Positions 48,831 through 59,017 of a stretch of DNA of 64,000 bases are shown here, in pieces; within the stretch, counting starts at the first letter, position 1, and each line of letters begins with the position of its first letter. Where the stretch lies: assembly GCA_965116225.1 (NCBI GenBank), contig OZ220495.1:2424393-2488392 (forward strand). Direction: 5' to 3'. The DNA comes from Dehalococcoidia bacterium (GTDB taxonomy: Bacteria > Chloroflexota > Dehalococcoidia > Bin125). The translations under genes were made by a program, and so were the position numbers. The notes beneath the pieces were generated by a model. That model saw only the letters and a list, made by a program, of their open reading frames with translations, made no database searches and was not told the origin of the DNA.

Positions 48831-49827
48831 GTTCGGAGCCGAATCTCTGTCCGACCAGTCCGCGTGCGCCGCGTGAGAATGCGTCGGCGCTGAGTTCCCG
48901 TTTGCCCGCTCGCTGCAGTCTGATCACGTCGAGGACGCCTGAACCGGTGGCGACGGTGATCGTCGGTCCAGCCTCGATAATGACGCCCGGCGGCTCGGTC
49001 GCGTCGCTGTTGCGTTCGTCGCCGATGGTCGCTTCGCTGATTCTGATTGACTCTGATTCAAGTGTGGTGGTCGCCGCCGGCCAGGGCGTGTAGGCGCGGA
49101 CGTGTCGGGTGATCTGTTCGGCAGACTGATGCCAGTCGATGCGTCCCTGTTGCTTCTCCACTCGCCTCGCTCTGCTGGCACGGCTGTTGTCCTGCGGCTC
49201 TGGCGTGAGCGCGCCATCCAGCCAATCGGGGATCGTCTCCAGCATCAGCGCCGCGCCCATTGCGGCGAGTCGATCGCCAAGCCGGCCGGCGTGCTCATGC
49301 GGTTGGATGGTGGTGGCTCGCTGACTCAGGATGTCGCCGGTGTCCTCGGTCTCGTCGACGAGCATGATCGTGACGCCGGTCTCCGCGTCGCCGTGCAGGA
49401 TCGCGGCGCAGATCGGCGAGGCGCCGCGCCAACAGGGGAGTAGGGAGGCATGGACGTTCAGCGTTCCATTGCGAGGGATGTCGAGGATGCCCTTCGGGAT
49501 GATCTGCCCGTAGGCGGCGACGATTTGCAGGTCTGGTCGCAGGCTGGCGATCTGGGCGATGGCGGCGCGGTCGCGGAGCCTGGCCGGCTGAATGGCGGGA
49601 ATGTCGTGCGCCGCAGCGAGCGCCTTGACCGGCGGAGGTTGCACCGCGCGGCCGCGGCCAGCTCGCGCATCGGGTTTCGCCACAACGGCGACGGGCCGGT
49701 AGGGACTGTCGATCAGCACCTGCAACGTGGGTACGGCAAAGTCCGGCGATCCATAGAAGAGGACGCGTGGTGGATCGGACATGGCGCGGCTGGCTGGCTT
49801 AGGAGGATCAGAGGCGTACGGCGACAA
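48823..49827 (-). CDS. fmt: Methionyl-tRNA formyltransferase
   Basis: RVLFYGSPDFAVPTLQVL...HASLLPCWRGASPI formyltransferase motifs. Confidence 0.9.
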   Translation of the reverse strand: MSPYASDPPKPASRAMSDPPRVLFYGSPDFAVPTLQVLIDSPYRPVAVVAKPDARAGRGRAVQPPPVKALAAAHDIPAIQPARLRDRAAIAQIASLRPDLQIVAAYGQIIPKGILDIPRNGTLNVHASLLPCWRGASPICAAILHGDAETGVTIMLVDETEDTGDILSQRATTIQPHEHAGRLGDRLAAMGAALMLETIPDWLDGALTPEPQDNSRASRARRVEKQQGRIDWHQSAEQITRHVRAYTPWPAATTTLESESIRISEATIGDERNSDATEPPGVIIEAGPTITVATGSGVLDVIRLQRAGKRELSADAFSRGARGLVGQRFGSEHD

Positions 49828-50032
49828 TGCTGAGTCCGACGAAGGCGAGCATCAGTACGATCGTGCCGCGAAACAGCGTGCGCTCCAGGCCTCGGCGTGT
49901 GCGATAGGACTCGCCACCGGCACCGCCGAAGATATTGCCCAGCCCGGCCCCCTTGGCTTGCAAGACCACCGCAGCGATGACGGCCAGCGCGATCAGAATC
50001 TGAAAGATGTTGAGGATGTCGGAATTGCTCAC
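49808..50032 (-). CDS. secG: Preprotein translocase subunit SecG
   Basis: 74 aa. ILIALAVIAAVVLQAKGAGLGNIFGGAGGES matches SecG. Confidence 0.8.
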   Translation of the reverse strand: MSNSDILNIFQILIALAVIAAVVLQAKGAGLGNIFGGAGGESYRTRRGLERTLFRGTIVLMLAFVGLSIVAVRL

Positions 50033-50061
50033 CTGATGGGCATATCTCTGCTGGGTGCGCG

Positions 50062-51558
50062 CTATGGCGACGGGACGCTGACACGTTGCGAGTGGCGTGG
50101 TCGCACGCCAGCCTCGTGCCCCTCATGGTAGGCGGTCATGATGGCGTCGGCGAGCTTGGCGCTGTCGTGTCGGTAACGGTTGCCAGTATCGATGATATCG
50201 GCCTCGATAATGCGCACGCCGTCCGGCAGATTCGACGCCACTTCGTCGCGGTTGGCATTGCAATCGATGTGGACAGGCTCGGACTTCCAGCCACGCGGCA
50301 ATCGGGCGCGACTGTTGCTGTTGGCGACGACGGCGTCGAAGGGCAGGCCGCCGATGTGCTCGGTGATTACGCGCACGTGGTCCTGAACCGAGAAGTGGTC
50401 GGTCTCCCCGTGCTGAGTGGCGACGTTCGAGATGTAGAGCTTCATCGCGTCGGACTCCTGGAACGCAAGCCGGATATCCGGCACGAGCAGGTTTGGCAGC
50501 ACCGATGTCAAGAGCGATCCTGGTCCGACCACGATCAGATCGGCGTTGCGAATGGCGTTGAGCGTCTCGGGATAGGCGGCGGGGTGACGCGGCTCGAGGT
50601 TGAGATGAGCGATGCGTCGCCCGGCTTCGGTGATCGACGACTCGCCGCGGATGCGCTCGCCGTCGGCAGTCGTGGCGGCGAGCCGGATGTTCTCCAGTGT
50701 CGAAGGCAGAATCTTGCCCCGCACTGCGAGCACGCGCACGGTCTCGTGAATCGCCTCCTCCATCGATCCCGCCACATCCGACATGGCGACCAGGAAGAGA
50801 TTGCCAAACGAGTGACCCTCCAATCCGTTTCCTGAGCCTTCCGGGAAGCGGTACTGGAAGAGTCGGGTCATGAGCGGCTCGGCATCGGCGAGGGCGGCGA
50901 TGCAGTTGCGCAGATCGCCAGGTGGAATGATGCCTAGGTCGCGCCGTAACCGCCCCGATGAGCCGCCATCATCGGCGACGCTGACTACCGCCGAGAGGTT
51001 GTCGGTGTAGGTCTTCAGTCCACGTAGCAGCACCGAGAGACCGGTGCCGCCGCCGATGCAGACGATGCGAATCCCGCGTCCGGCAAAGCGCTGGCGATGG
51101 AGCAGTTCGACGAGCGGCTCCTCTATGACGGCGCGACTGTCGGACGATCTGGCGGCAACGACCAGCCCGGAGGTGAACTTGCCGATCCCGAAGCCGACGC
51201 AGAGCACGGCCAGTCCGATCAGGATCGCGCCGCGCACGGCGTAGGGCAGGAACTGCAGCGTGATGTAATAGAAAGCGCTGGGCAGTGTGACCGTGAGATA
51301 GAGCTCGCGGGCGAGAAAGGAGACACCCAGACCGAGTAGCCCCATGCCGAACAGCAGGAGCACGAACCAGCGCTTGATCCCGATGCCGGGCGCGAGCCAC
51401 TTGCGGAGATGTCGTTCGGGCTGGCCGCCGCTGGCGTTGACGTCGACGAGAACGGGTCCGTTTCCTCGACCACGGCGGAGCATTGCGCCACTATAGCGCC
51501 GCTCGTACTGGAGGCGGTAGTGTAGGCGGGACACAGAACTCATCGAGACGGCACTCAA
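50062..51558 (-). CDS. YvcK/CofD-like (UPF0052, gluconeogenesis factor family) protein with N-terminal ~170-aa multi-TM extension
   Basis: RIVCIGGGTGLSVLLRGLK...VVSVADDGGSSGRLRRDLGIIPPGDLRNCIAALAD are YvcK motifs. Residues ~60-150 form three hydrophobic helices. Confidence 0.8.
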   Translation of the reverse strand: MSAVSMSSVSRLHYRLQYERRYSGAMLRRGRGNGPVLVDVNASGGQPERHLRKWLAPGIGIKRWFVLLLFGMGLLGLGVSFLARELYLTVTLPSAFYYITLQFLPYAVRGAILIGLAVLCVGFGIGKFTSGLVVAARSSDSRAVIEEPLVELLHRQRFAGRGIRIVCIGGGTGLSVLLRGLKTYTDNLSAVVSVADDGGSSGRLRRDLGIIPPGDLRNCIAALADAEPLMTRLFQYRFPEGSGNGLEGHSFGNLFLVAMSDVAGSMEEAIHETVRVLAVRGKILPSTLENIRLAATTADGERIRGESSITEAGRRIAHLNLEPRHPAAYPETLNAIRNADLIVVGPGSLLTSVLPNLLVPDIRLAFQESDAMKLYISNVATQHGETDHFSVQDHVRVITEHIGGLPFDAVVANSNSRARLPRGWKSEPVHIDCNANRDEVASNLPDGVRIIEADIIDTGNRYRHDSAKLADAIMTAYHEGHEAGVRPRHSQRVSVPSP

Positions 51559-51588
51559 CGCCCGTAGCCTGCGGCAGGAGCACCCGAC

Positions 51589-52605
51589 ATGGAACAGCGA
51601 CGATTCGGCAGCAGCGACCTAGTGGCATCGGCAGTGGGCTTCGGCACCTGGGAGATGAGCGGTAACGCGTACGGTCACATCGACCGCGACGAGGCGGTGC
51701 GGGCCGTGAACATGGCGATTGACCGCGGGATCACTCTGTTCGACACAGCCGAGGTCTATGGGCCCAATCATTCCGAGGAGCTGCTGGCGCGCGGTATAGG
51801 CAGCCGTCGCCACGAGGTGGTGCTGGTCACCAAAGTCGGCTTCGACTACGACGAGACGCCGCGCGTGATCGGCCTCAACTCGAAGAAGGACCACATCATC
51901 GCGCACACCGAAGGTTGCCTGCGACGACTCAATGCAGACTACGTGGACTTGATGCTGATCCACTGGCCCGACCACGACACGCCGTTCGCGGAGACGATGG
52001 AGGGTCTGGAGCAACTGAAGCGGGACGGCAAGATTCTTCACTATGGCGTCTCGAACTTCAATATCGACATGATGGAGGAGTGTCAGCGGCATGGCACGAT
52101 CGTCGCCAACCAGGTCGGTTATCACATGTTCGACCGACGGATGGAATCGCGCGTCCTGCCTTGGTGCATGGCGAACGGTGTAGGTTTCATGTCCTACGGC
52201 TCGCTCGCTTTCGGGCTGTTGACCGGCGCGTTCGCCCCCGATCACCAATTCGACGAGAGCGACTGGCGACGCAACGGCACCGCATTCAATCTGCCCTTGT
52301 TCGAGTCGGATCGCTTCCGTCAAGAGGTTGAGATCGCCAGCCGCCTGGGCGAGTTGGCCGACGGCTACGGCAAGACGGTTGCCCAGCTCGGCATCGCCTG
52401 GGTGCTCGACCATCCCGGCGTTAGCTGCGCGTTGGTCGGAATGCGCAACGAGCGCGAGCTCGAAGAGAATGTTGCTGCAACCGACTGGAAGCTGACCGAG
52501 GACATCCGCAGCGCCGTCAACCAGATCTTCGACGACGTCGGCATCCCGACCTATCAGAACACCCCACAGGTCGTCCACGTCGCCAGAGCGACCGGTCGGC
52601 GGTAG
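51589..52605 (+). CDS. Aldo/keto reductase
   Basis: AKR pattern (GFGTWEMSG...DTAEVYG...LIHWPD...). Confidence 0.9.
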   Translation: MEQRRFGSSDLVASAVGFGTWEMSGNAYGHIDRDEAVRAVNMAIDRGITLFDTAEVYGPNHSEELLARGIGSRRHEVVLVTKVGFDYDETPRVIGLNSKKDHIIAHTEGCLRRLNADYVDLMLIHWPDHDTPFAETMEGLEQLKRDGKILHYGVSNFNIDMMEECQRHGTIVANQVGYHMFDRRMESRVLPWCMANGVGFMSYGSLAFGLLTGAFAPDHQFDESDWRRNGTAFNLPLFESDRFRQEVEIASRLGELADGYGKTVAQLGIAWVLDHPGVSCALVGMRNERELEENVAATDWKLTEDIRSAVNQIFDDVGIPTYQNTPQVVHVARATGRR

Positions 52606-52614
52606 AGGACTGCC

Positions 52615-55503
52615 TTACTCCTCTGCCTCGGCTCGTTCCCGATTGAGTTCGAGCAGGCGCGCCAGGACCTCATCGTCCGCGATGTCCGCACTCCAGCCGT
52701 AGGCGGCGCAGACAGCCTCATCCAATTCGCCATGTACGTCGATCAACCAGTCAGGTCGGCGGTTATACAGCTCGGTCATCGTGCGATCTTGCAGGATGGC
52801 TGAATTGACGTTGACGCCGATCGGATTGAGCCAGGCCTCGCGACGTTCCTTCAGCTTCTGCGCCACCGAAGCGATGGCGCGCGCGTGAGCGCGCAGCTCG
52901 GCGTCGAGGCCGCTCGACGCCATGGTCGAGCGGCCAGGGGAACGGAAATGTGTTGAAGCAGAGAGTATGGGTATAGCGAGGGCTGACGCCGAGTCGGGAT
53001 CCCATCGCCAGGGCCCACGTTTCGTGGATTCGTGAGTGAAGGACACCAAAGGTGTAGTCGTCTGCTCTGGCGATAGCGACGACTGTCGCGTCCGGAGTGA
53101 CCTTTGCCTCCAGCCAGACGAAGAATTGGTGCTTCGATGTTAGCGGAGCGGCGATGAATCGGCTCAGTGGGCGAATGGCCGATCGCATCCCAGGTCGCCA
53201 TGACTCGTGTATCCACCAGTTCTCACGTAGCGACGCTGCATCCAGCGATTCCCGATACGGCTTGACGTGTGTTCGTAGGTGTTCCCACGGCTGCTCGTAC
53301 ATGGCAGCCTGCTTGGGATCCATGTCCTGGCCGAAATCAATGATGTAGGCACCCTTGGGTCGTTGAGCGAGGTCATGGGCATTGACGAACGGAAACACGA
53401 CATCAGCATTTGGGCGTCCGTTGACGTTGATGGGTTGGCCTAGCATCTGCTCGCCTTGTTCACGGGTCACATCGAACTGGCCGTTTCTGATGTCGCCCTG
53501 GAACGCGATGCCCATATTCTCGGCCAGCTCGATCGCCGACGCCATATACGCCGAGCCGGCTGTGAGGTCGGGGTTAATGAACGCTACCGATTCTCCGTCA
53601 AGCGTGAGTTCGGTTTCGCTGCCATCGTCCTGTCCGACAATTGAAATACGTACCCGGGCACCGTCATTGGTCCACTCCTGATCGGCATATGCCATGAATA
53701 TCTGTCCCGACCCGGCAATGCGCTCTAGCACACCACGGCTATAGACACCTCGGATGTTTTGTGTAGCCAACAGTCCGGCTCGGCGCGATATCCCCCCCCC
53801 CCATTGATCTGGCGTCGGGCGAGTTCATGCCAGTAGGTGCATAAGTCGACACGTCCATCAAGAGCGCCCCGATAGGCGCGGCGCAGGCGGTCGACATATC
53901 GGGTATCAAGCTGCTGACGCATCAGTTTCATGCCGAGGAAGGGCGGATTGCCGATGATAAATTCTGCCTCCGGCCATGTTGCGGGAACTGGATTACCGTC
54001 GTCGTCTTGATCGAGAACCGCGTTGCGGCATTCAATCTGATCGATCCGGCCGAGGATCGGTTCGCCAAGGCGCTGTAATCCATGCTGCGTGGTCCACTGG
54101 ATATCGCCGATCCAGAGCGATAGTCGGGTGAGGTCGACCGCGAACTGGTCGATATCGATTCCTAGCATGTTGGCGGGGCCGATACGGCGCTGCATGCCGT
54201 TGATGCCGTGCGCGTCATGCGCCCAGCCAATCAACTCCTGCTCAAGTTGTTTGAGCTCGCGCATGGCGACGTACAGGAAGTTGCCTGAGCCGCAGGCAGG
54301 GTCGAGCACGCGCACGCTGGCGAGACGATCGTGAAACGCGCGAATGCGCCCTTCGGGCGAATCGGGATCTGGCTCGTCGAGACTGAGCGCGCCGATCTTG
54401 CCATAGACGGGCGTGGCACCGGAGGTGCCGGAATCCGGCTGGAGCGCCTGCCTCAGATCGGCGAACTCGCGCCGCAGCGGACGCAGGAGTACAGGTTCGA
54501 TCACGAGCATGATGGTGTCGGGATCGGTGTAGTGGGCGCCGGTTTGGGTGCGTCGCTCGGGGTCTAGACCGCGTTCGAAGAGCGTCCCAAAGATGGCGGG
54601 GTCGATGCGCGACCAGTCTAGCTTGCTGGTTTCCAGCAGGGTATTGACCGGATCCCCGGTCAGCGCAAACGTCTCGTCTGCCGCTGACTTGTCGAACAGG
54701 CCGCCGTTGAACCAAGGCACAGGAAGCGGTCCAAAGTCGGGGATCTCCGACGATGACATCGCCCCGAACACTGCCGAGATCTGCGCTTGAGTTCGTTCCG
54801 GACGGTGGCGAAGGTTCTCAAGCGTGATCGTTAATGGCCTGTGGATATCACCGTGATCGTTGCGAAACAGATCGATGCTCTCTGCGAAGAAGGTAAACAC
54901 AATACGGTTCAGAAAGCGGGCGACGACATTGGGGTCGTGGTCGAGCGCGCGCAGCGCCTCTGCGACTTCGCCGAATTTAGCCGCCGCGGTTTCGGTGATG
55001 TAGCGAGGATCACGATCCGGGTGCAGCGGATGTTCGCGGTCTGCGTAAGCAGGCTCAAGGACATCCTGGAGAATCCGGCAGTAGTAGGTCGGGCTCTCCT
55101 TCAGATCCTTGAGGGTGAACCGAATCGTCCGCGCCGGCGCGTTCGTGAACGTTGTGTGAATCTCAAACGTCCGCATGTCGCAGACGACCAGAATCGGTGG
55201 ATTGCCCAGACCTTCCTGATAGCCGCGCAGCTGGCCGTACGCGTCGCGGAAGTTCTTGCCGGGACTCTTATATTCCCAGGCGAAGCATTGTTCTTTCCAC
55301 ACATCCGCCTTGCCAACGTATCCGCCGTCTGCATCATGCACGGCGCGCTCAAAGGTGTATGTCTTGGGATCGTGCGGTGGATTGACCTCGAGCATTACGC
55401 ACAGATCGCGAAAGTGCGTCTGAGCGCCCTGAGCTTCGTTGAGTCCGGACGCATTCCACTTTGAGTAGAACTCAGCGACGCTCAGAGTCGGCTCGGACGG
55501 CAT
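52615..55503 (-). pseudogene. MmeI-family Type IIL restriction-modification enzyme (nuclease, gamma-class N6-A MTase and TRD in one chain), split into three frames
   Basis: ORF 53725..55503 carries the N-terminal D..EYK nuclease motif (GKADVWKEQCFAWEYK), MTase motif I VLDPACGSGNFL and motif IV NPPFLG. ORF 52763..53770 continues the TRD through RYTHTLCFNTFPFP. ORF 52615..53049 carries the family C-terminus (LYNRRPDWLIDVHGELDEAVCAAYGW). Frame breaks lie at the G11 tract (53792-53802) and near 52925. Confidence 0.75.
53792..53802 (-). repeat. G11 homopolymer (C11 on + strand) inside the MmeI-like gene at its first frame break
   Basis: Direct reading. Encodes NGGGGY in frame 1. Inserting one G joins frame 1 to the ORF 52763..53770 frame with no intervening stop. 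Confidence 0.9.
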
Positions 55504-55510
55504 TGCGGTA

Positions 55511-57007
55511 TTACTCCGACAGCGCCGCCGTCAACAGCTCGGAGGCTTGTTGGGGGTTTGCCTGACCTCGACTGTGACGCATGACCTGGCCGACGAGGTA
55601 CTTCAGGGCGGCTTCCTTACCGCTGCGGTAGTCGGCCGCGGCGTCGGGATTGTCGCTGATCACCCGGCTGATGATCGGGGCGAGCGCATCTGCGCCGCTG
55701 ATCTGCATGAGTCCTCTCACCTTGACAATATCGGTGGGGTCATCGCCGGTTTCGTACATCGTCTCGAAGACGGACCTGGCCTGGCTGCGCGAGATATCGC
55801 CGCCCGCGATCAGGCCGACCAGCTCGGCGAGCTGCGCGGGACGGATTGGCTGCTCATCCAGATCGGGGTGGGCGGGGTCTTTGTTGATCTGCGCGAACAG
55901 GTCGCCGGTGATCCAATTTGCGGCCTCTCGGGCGGTGGTGGTGTCCCTGAGCGCGTCGACGGTCTGATCGAAGTAGTTGGCGCGCGATGGTTCTTCGGTC
56001 AGCAGGTTGGCTTCAAATTCGCCGAGGCCGTAGCGGGACTGAAACCGCGCATAACGTTCCTGCGGAAGTTCGGGTAGTTGACGGCGAATCGTTTCCACCT
56101 CCGCGGCTGAGATCGAGAGCGGCGGCAGGTCGGGCTCGGGGAAGTAGCGGTAGTCGTGCGCTGCTTCCTTGTAGCGCTGCGAGAGCGTGATTTGCCGTTC
56201 CTCGTCCCAGCCCCGTGTCTCCTGCGCAATCGCGCTGCCCGCGCGTAGCAGCTCGGCCTGGCGCTTGACCTCGTATTCGAGAGCGCTGTGGACGCCCCGG
56301 AACGAGTTCATGTTCTTGATCTCGACCTTGGCGCCGAGCTCGCCTGAGCCGACCGGGCGCAACGAGACGTTGGCATCGCAACGGAAGGAGCCTTTCTCCA
56401 TGTCGGCGTTGGAGACGCTAAGATAGCGGAGAATCTGTCGCAGCTGCACAAGATAGGCTCGCGCTTCGTCCGCGGAGCGCATGTCGGGCTCGGACACGAT
56501 TTCCATAAGCGGCACACCGGAGCGATTGACGTCGACCAGCGAGAAGCGCTCGCCGGCCTCGTTCTCGCGGTGCAACAATCGGGCCGTGTCCTCTTCGAGA
56601 TGGACACGGGTGATGCCGATTCGACGCTTGCCCAGCGAGTCCGTCTCGACATCCATCCATCCGCCTTCGGAGAGCGGCATGTCGTACTGCGAGATCTGGT
56701 AGCCCTTCATCAGATCCGGGTAGGGATAGTTCTTGCGGTCGAACTTGGATAGTTCGGGGATCGACATATTGAGCGCGAGCGCCGTGCGGATCGTCCACTC
56801 GACCGCCGTGCGGTTGATCACGGGTAACGTGCCGGGCATCCCCAGGCAGAGGGGGCAGACGTAGGTGTTGGGCTCAGCGGAGGCGTAGTTGGCCGGGCAG
56901 CGGCAGAACATCTTGCTCTGTGTGTGGAGCTGGCAATGAACTTCGAGTCCGATCACGGTTTCGTACTCGATGGCGAGATCGGGCGCGGGTGAGGCCTTCG
57001 TGCTCAT
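55511..57007 (-). CDS. gatB: Asp-tRNA(Asn)/Glu-tRNA(Gln) amidotransferase subunit B
   Basis: IGLEVHCQLHTQSKMFCRCP and the C-terminal YqeY-like tail. Internal ATG (MSTKAS) at 57007 is preferred over the listed 57097. Confidence 0.9.
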   Translation of the reverse strand: MSTKASPAPDLAIEYETVIGLEVHCQLHTQSKMFCRCPANYASAEPNTYVCPLCLGMPGTLPVINRTAVEWTIRTALALNMSIPELSKFDRKNYPYPDLMKGYQISQYDMPLSEGGWMDVETDSLGKRRIGITRVHLEEDTARLLHRENEAGERFSLVDVNRSGVPLMEIVSEPDMRSADEARAYLVQLRQILRYLSVSNADMEKGSFRCDANVSLRPVGSGELGAKVEIKNMNSFRGVHSALEYEVKRQAELLRAGSAIAQETRGWDEERQITLSQRYKEAAHDYRYFPEPDLPPLSISAAEVETIRRQLPELPQERYARFQSRYGLGEFEANLLTEEPSRANYFDQTVDALRDTTTAREAANWITGDLFAQINKDPAHPDLDEQPIRPAQLAELVGLIAGGDISRSQARSVFETMYETGDDPTDIVKVRGLMQISGADALAPIISRVISDNPDAAADYRSGKEAALKYLVGQVMRHSRGQANPQQASELLTAALSE

Positions 57008-57089
57008 ATCTCCAGTGTAGTCGCGGTCTGCTGTTAGTCTGCGAGCAGGACTGCGCCGTGCCGGAGCGGCGCTAGGATATGCGTACTGC

Positions 57090-57929
57090 ATGAGCACAGA
57101 GGTTTACTCGCCGCGGGCGGGACTGAACGGCGTCACATCCGAGATTCGACCGTTGCGGATGCTGCACACATCGGATGTGCATCTCGGCGCATACATGTCG
57201 CAGCCGTATCGGGACGAGGCGGAAGGCTCGGATTCGTTGGAGCCGGCACTGCAGGCGTTCCAGCACGTACTCGACCTGGGCGTCGAGGCGGACGTCGACG
57301 TGGTCGCAATTGCGGGGGACTTCTTCGACCATGTGCGAGTCAAACGGCCCTATGTCGATACGACCTGCGAGCTGATCGAGGCGGTCGGGCGACCGGTGGT
57401 CATTCTGCCCGGCAATCACGACCCGCACATGCCCGAGGGCATCTACCAGAAGTTCGCCGATGCGTTTCCGTCCAACGTGGAGATCATCTCCTCGGCCGAG
57501 GGCGAGCTGGTCCTGCTTGAAGAGCAGGGAGTGCAGTTCTGGGGACAGGCGCACGAGAGCTACAACGACTTCGCGCCGACCTCCGCGCAGCCGGCCTGGT
57601 CGGTTCATGCGGAGCGATACATCTGGCGCGTTGCGATGGCGCACGGCTACTACGTGAGAACGGGCGAGTCTCGCTACTCGTACCAAATCCACTCGTCGGA
57701 GATCGCGTCGATGGACGCCGACTACGTGGCGCTTGGACACATCGACGTGCACGAGGGCGTCGGCGACGGCACGGTACCCGCCTACTATCCGGGCGCGCCA
57801 AGACATTCGGGCGGCGCCACCATTGTGGATTTCTCCGTTGACGGCGTGATGGTTCGTCATGAACAGCACAACGGTACCGATGCAGACCCGCAAACCGCGA
57901 ACCCGATGCTGGCCGTGCGGTCGCACTAA
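57090..57929 (+). CDS. Calcineurin-like metallophosphoesterase
   Basis: LHTSDVHLG, GDFFD and GNHD metallophosphatase motifs. Divergent from gatB. Confidence 0.75.
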   Translation: MSTEVYSPRAGLNGVTSEIRPLRMLHTSDVHLGAYMSQPYRDEAEGSDSLEPALQAFQHVLDLGVEADVDVVAIAGDFFDHVRVKRPYVDTTCELIEAVGRPVVILPGNHDPHMPEGIYQKFADAFPSNVEIISSAEGELVLLEEQGVQFWGQAHESYNDFAPTSAQPAWSVHAERYIWRVAMAHGYYVRTGESRYSYQIHSSEIASMDADYVALGHIDVHEGVGDGTVPAYYPGAPRHSGGATIVDFSVDGVMVRHEQHNGTDADPQTANPMLAVRSH

Positions 57930-57992
57930 CAGCGTGGTCTGCCGCTGCGCGCCCGATGAGAGAGCCTGCAAAGTGATACAACAGGAGCGAAT

Positions 57993-58982
57993 GTGACGTA
58001 TCGAGCGTTTGTGGTGGACAAAGATGGGGACGAGTTCACGGCGTCAGTGCAATCGCTGGACTCGTCATCGCTGCCTGATGGCGATGTCACCGTTGCCGTC
58101 GAGTGGTCCGATCTGAACTACAAGGACGGTCTCGCCTGCACGCCGAATGGTCAGGTAGTAACAGCCTATCCGATGACGCTGGGCATCGATTTCGCTGGTA
58201 TTGTGATCGAGTCCTCAAACTCGCGTTACCAGGTGGGCGACGCGGTCGTGGCGACAGGCTATGACCTCGGCACAGGACATCCCGGCGGCTACGCCGAGCG
58301 CGTCCGCGTGTCGGGCGACTGGCTGTCGCCGCGGCCCGACGGTATGACGTCGGAAGAGGCGATGATACTCGGCACGGCCGGGATCACGGCGGCGATGTCG
58401 GTTGACGTGATCGAGCGGGCGGGGATCAGCCCCGACGCCGGCCCGGTGATCGTCTCGGGCGCGACCGGCGGCGTCGGGTCGACGGCGGTGGCAATGTTGA
58501 CCGCGCGTGGGTACACCGTCCACGCAAGCACCGGCAAGGCGTCGGAGCACGACTTCCTGCGCGAGCTGGGCGCGTCGGAGATCCTCGATCGCGAAGAGCT
58601 GGCTGCCGAGTCGCGGCGTCCAATCGAGCGCGAGCGCTGGGCGGCCGCGGTCGACCCGGTGGGCGGTTCGACAACCGCGTCGATCCTGCGGCAGACGAAG
58701 TACAATGGCTTGGTCACCCTCTCTGGTCTGACCGGCGGCGTTGCGGTGGATGCGAACGTGATGCCGTTCATCCTGCGCGGCGTCTCGTTGGTCGGGATCG
58801 AGTCGGTGTATTGGCCGGGCGAGGATCGTCCGCGCCTGTGGGCCCGAATGGCGGAGGATTTCAGCGGGCGCAACCTGCTCGATCTGGTTGAAGCCCGTAT
58901 CGGACTGGAGGATGTGCCCGGCGCGGCTGCGAGGATTCTCGCCGGCGGCGTTCGCGGCAGGATTCTGGTTCAACCGTCGTAG
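57993..58982 (+). CDS. MDR-family NADPH-dependent oxidoreductase, YhdH/AcuI (acrylyl-CoA reductase)-like
   Basis: Cofactor-binding VSGATGGVGSTAV and the YhdH-like N-terminus (VEWSDLNYKDGLA). Confidence 0.8.
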   Translation: MTYRAFVVDKDGDEFTASVQSLDSSSLPDGDVTVAVEWSDLNYKDGLACTPNGQVVTAYPMTLGIDFAGIVIESSNSRYQVGDAVVATGYDLGTGHPGGYAERVRVSGDWLSPRPDGMTSEEAMILGTAGITAAMSVDVIERAGISPDAGPVIVSGATGGVGSTAVAMLTARGYTVHASTGKASEHDFLRELGASEILDREELAAESRRPIERERWAAAVDPVGGSTTASILRQTKYNGLVTLSGLTGGVAVDANVMPFILRGVSLVGIESVYWPGEDRPRLWARMAEDFSGRNLLDLVEARIGLEDVPGAAARILAGGVRGRILVQPS

Positions 58983-59017
58983 GCGACAAAACTTGGAATA
59001 GAGCACGGAGTACTGAC

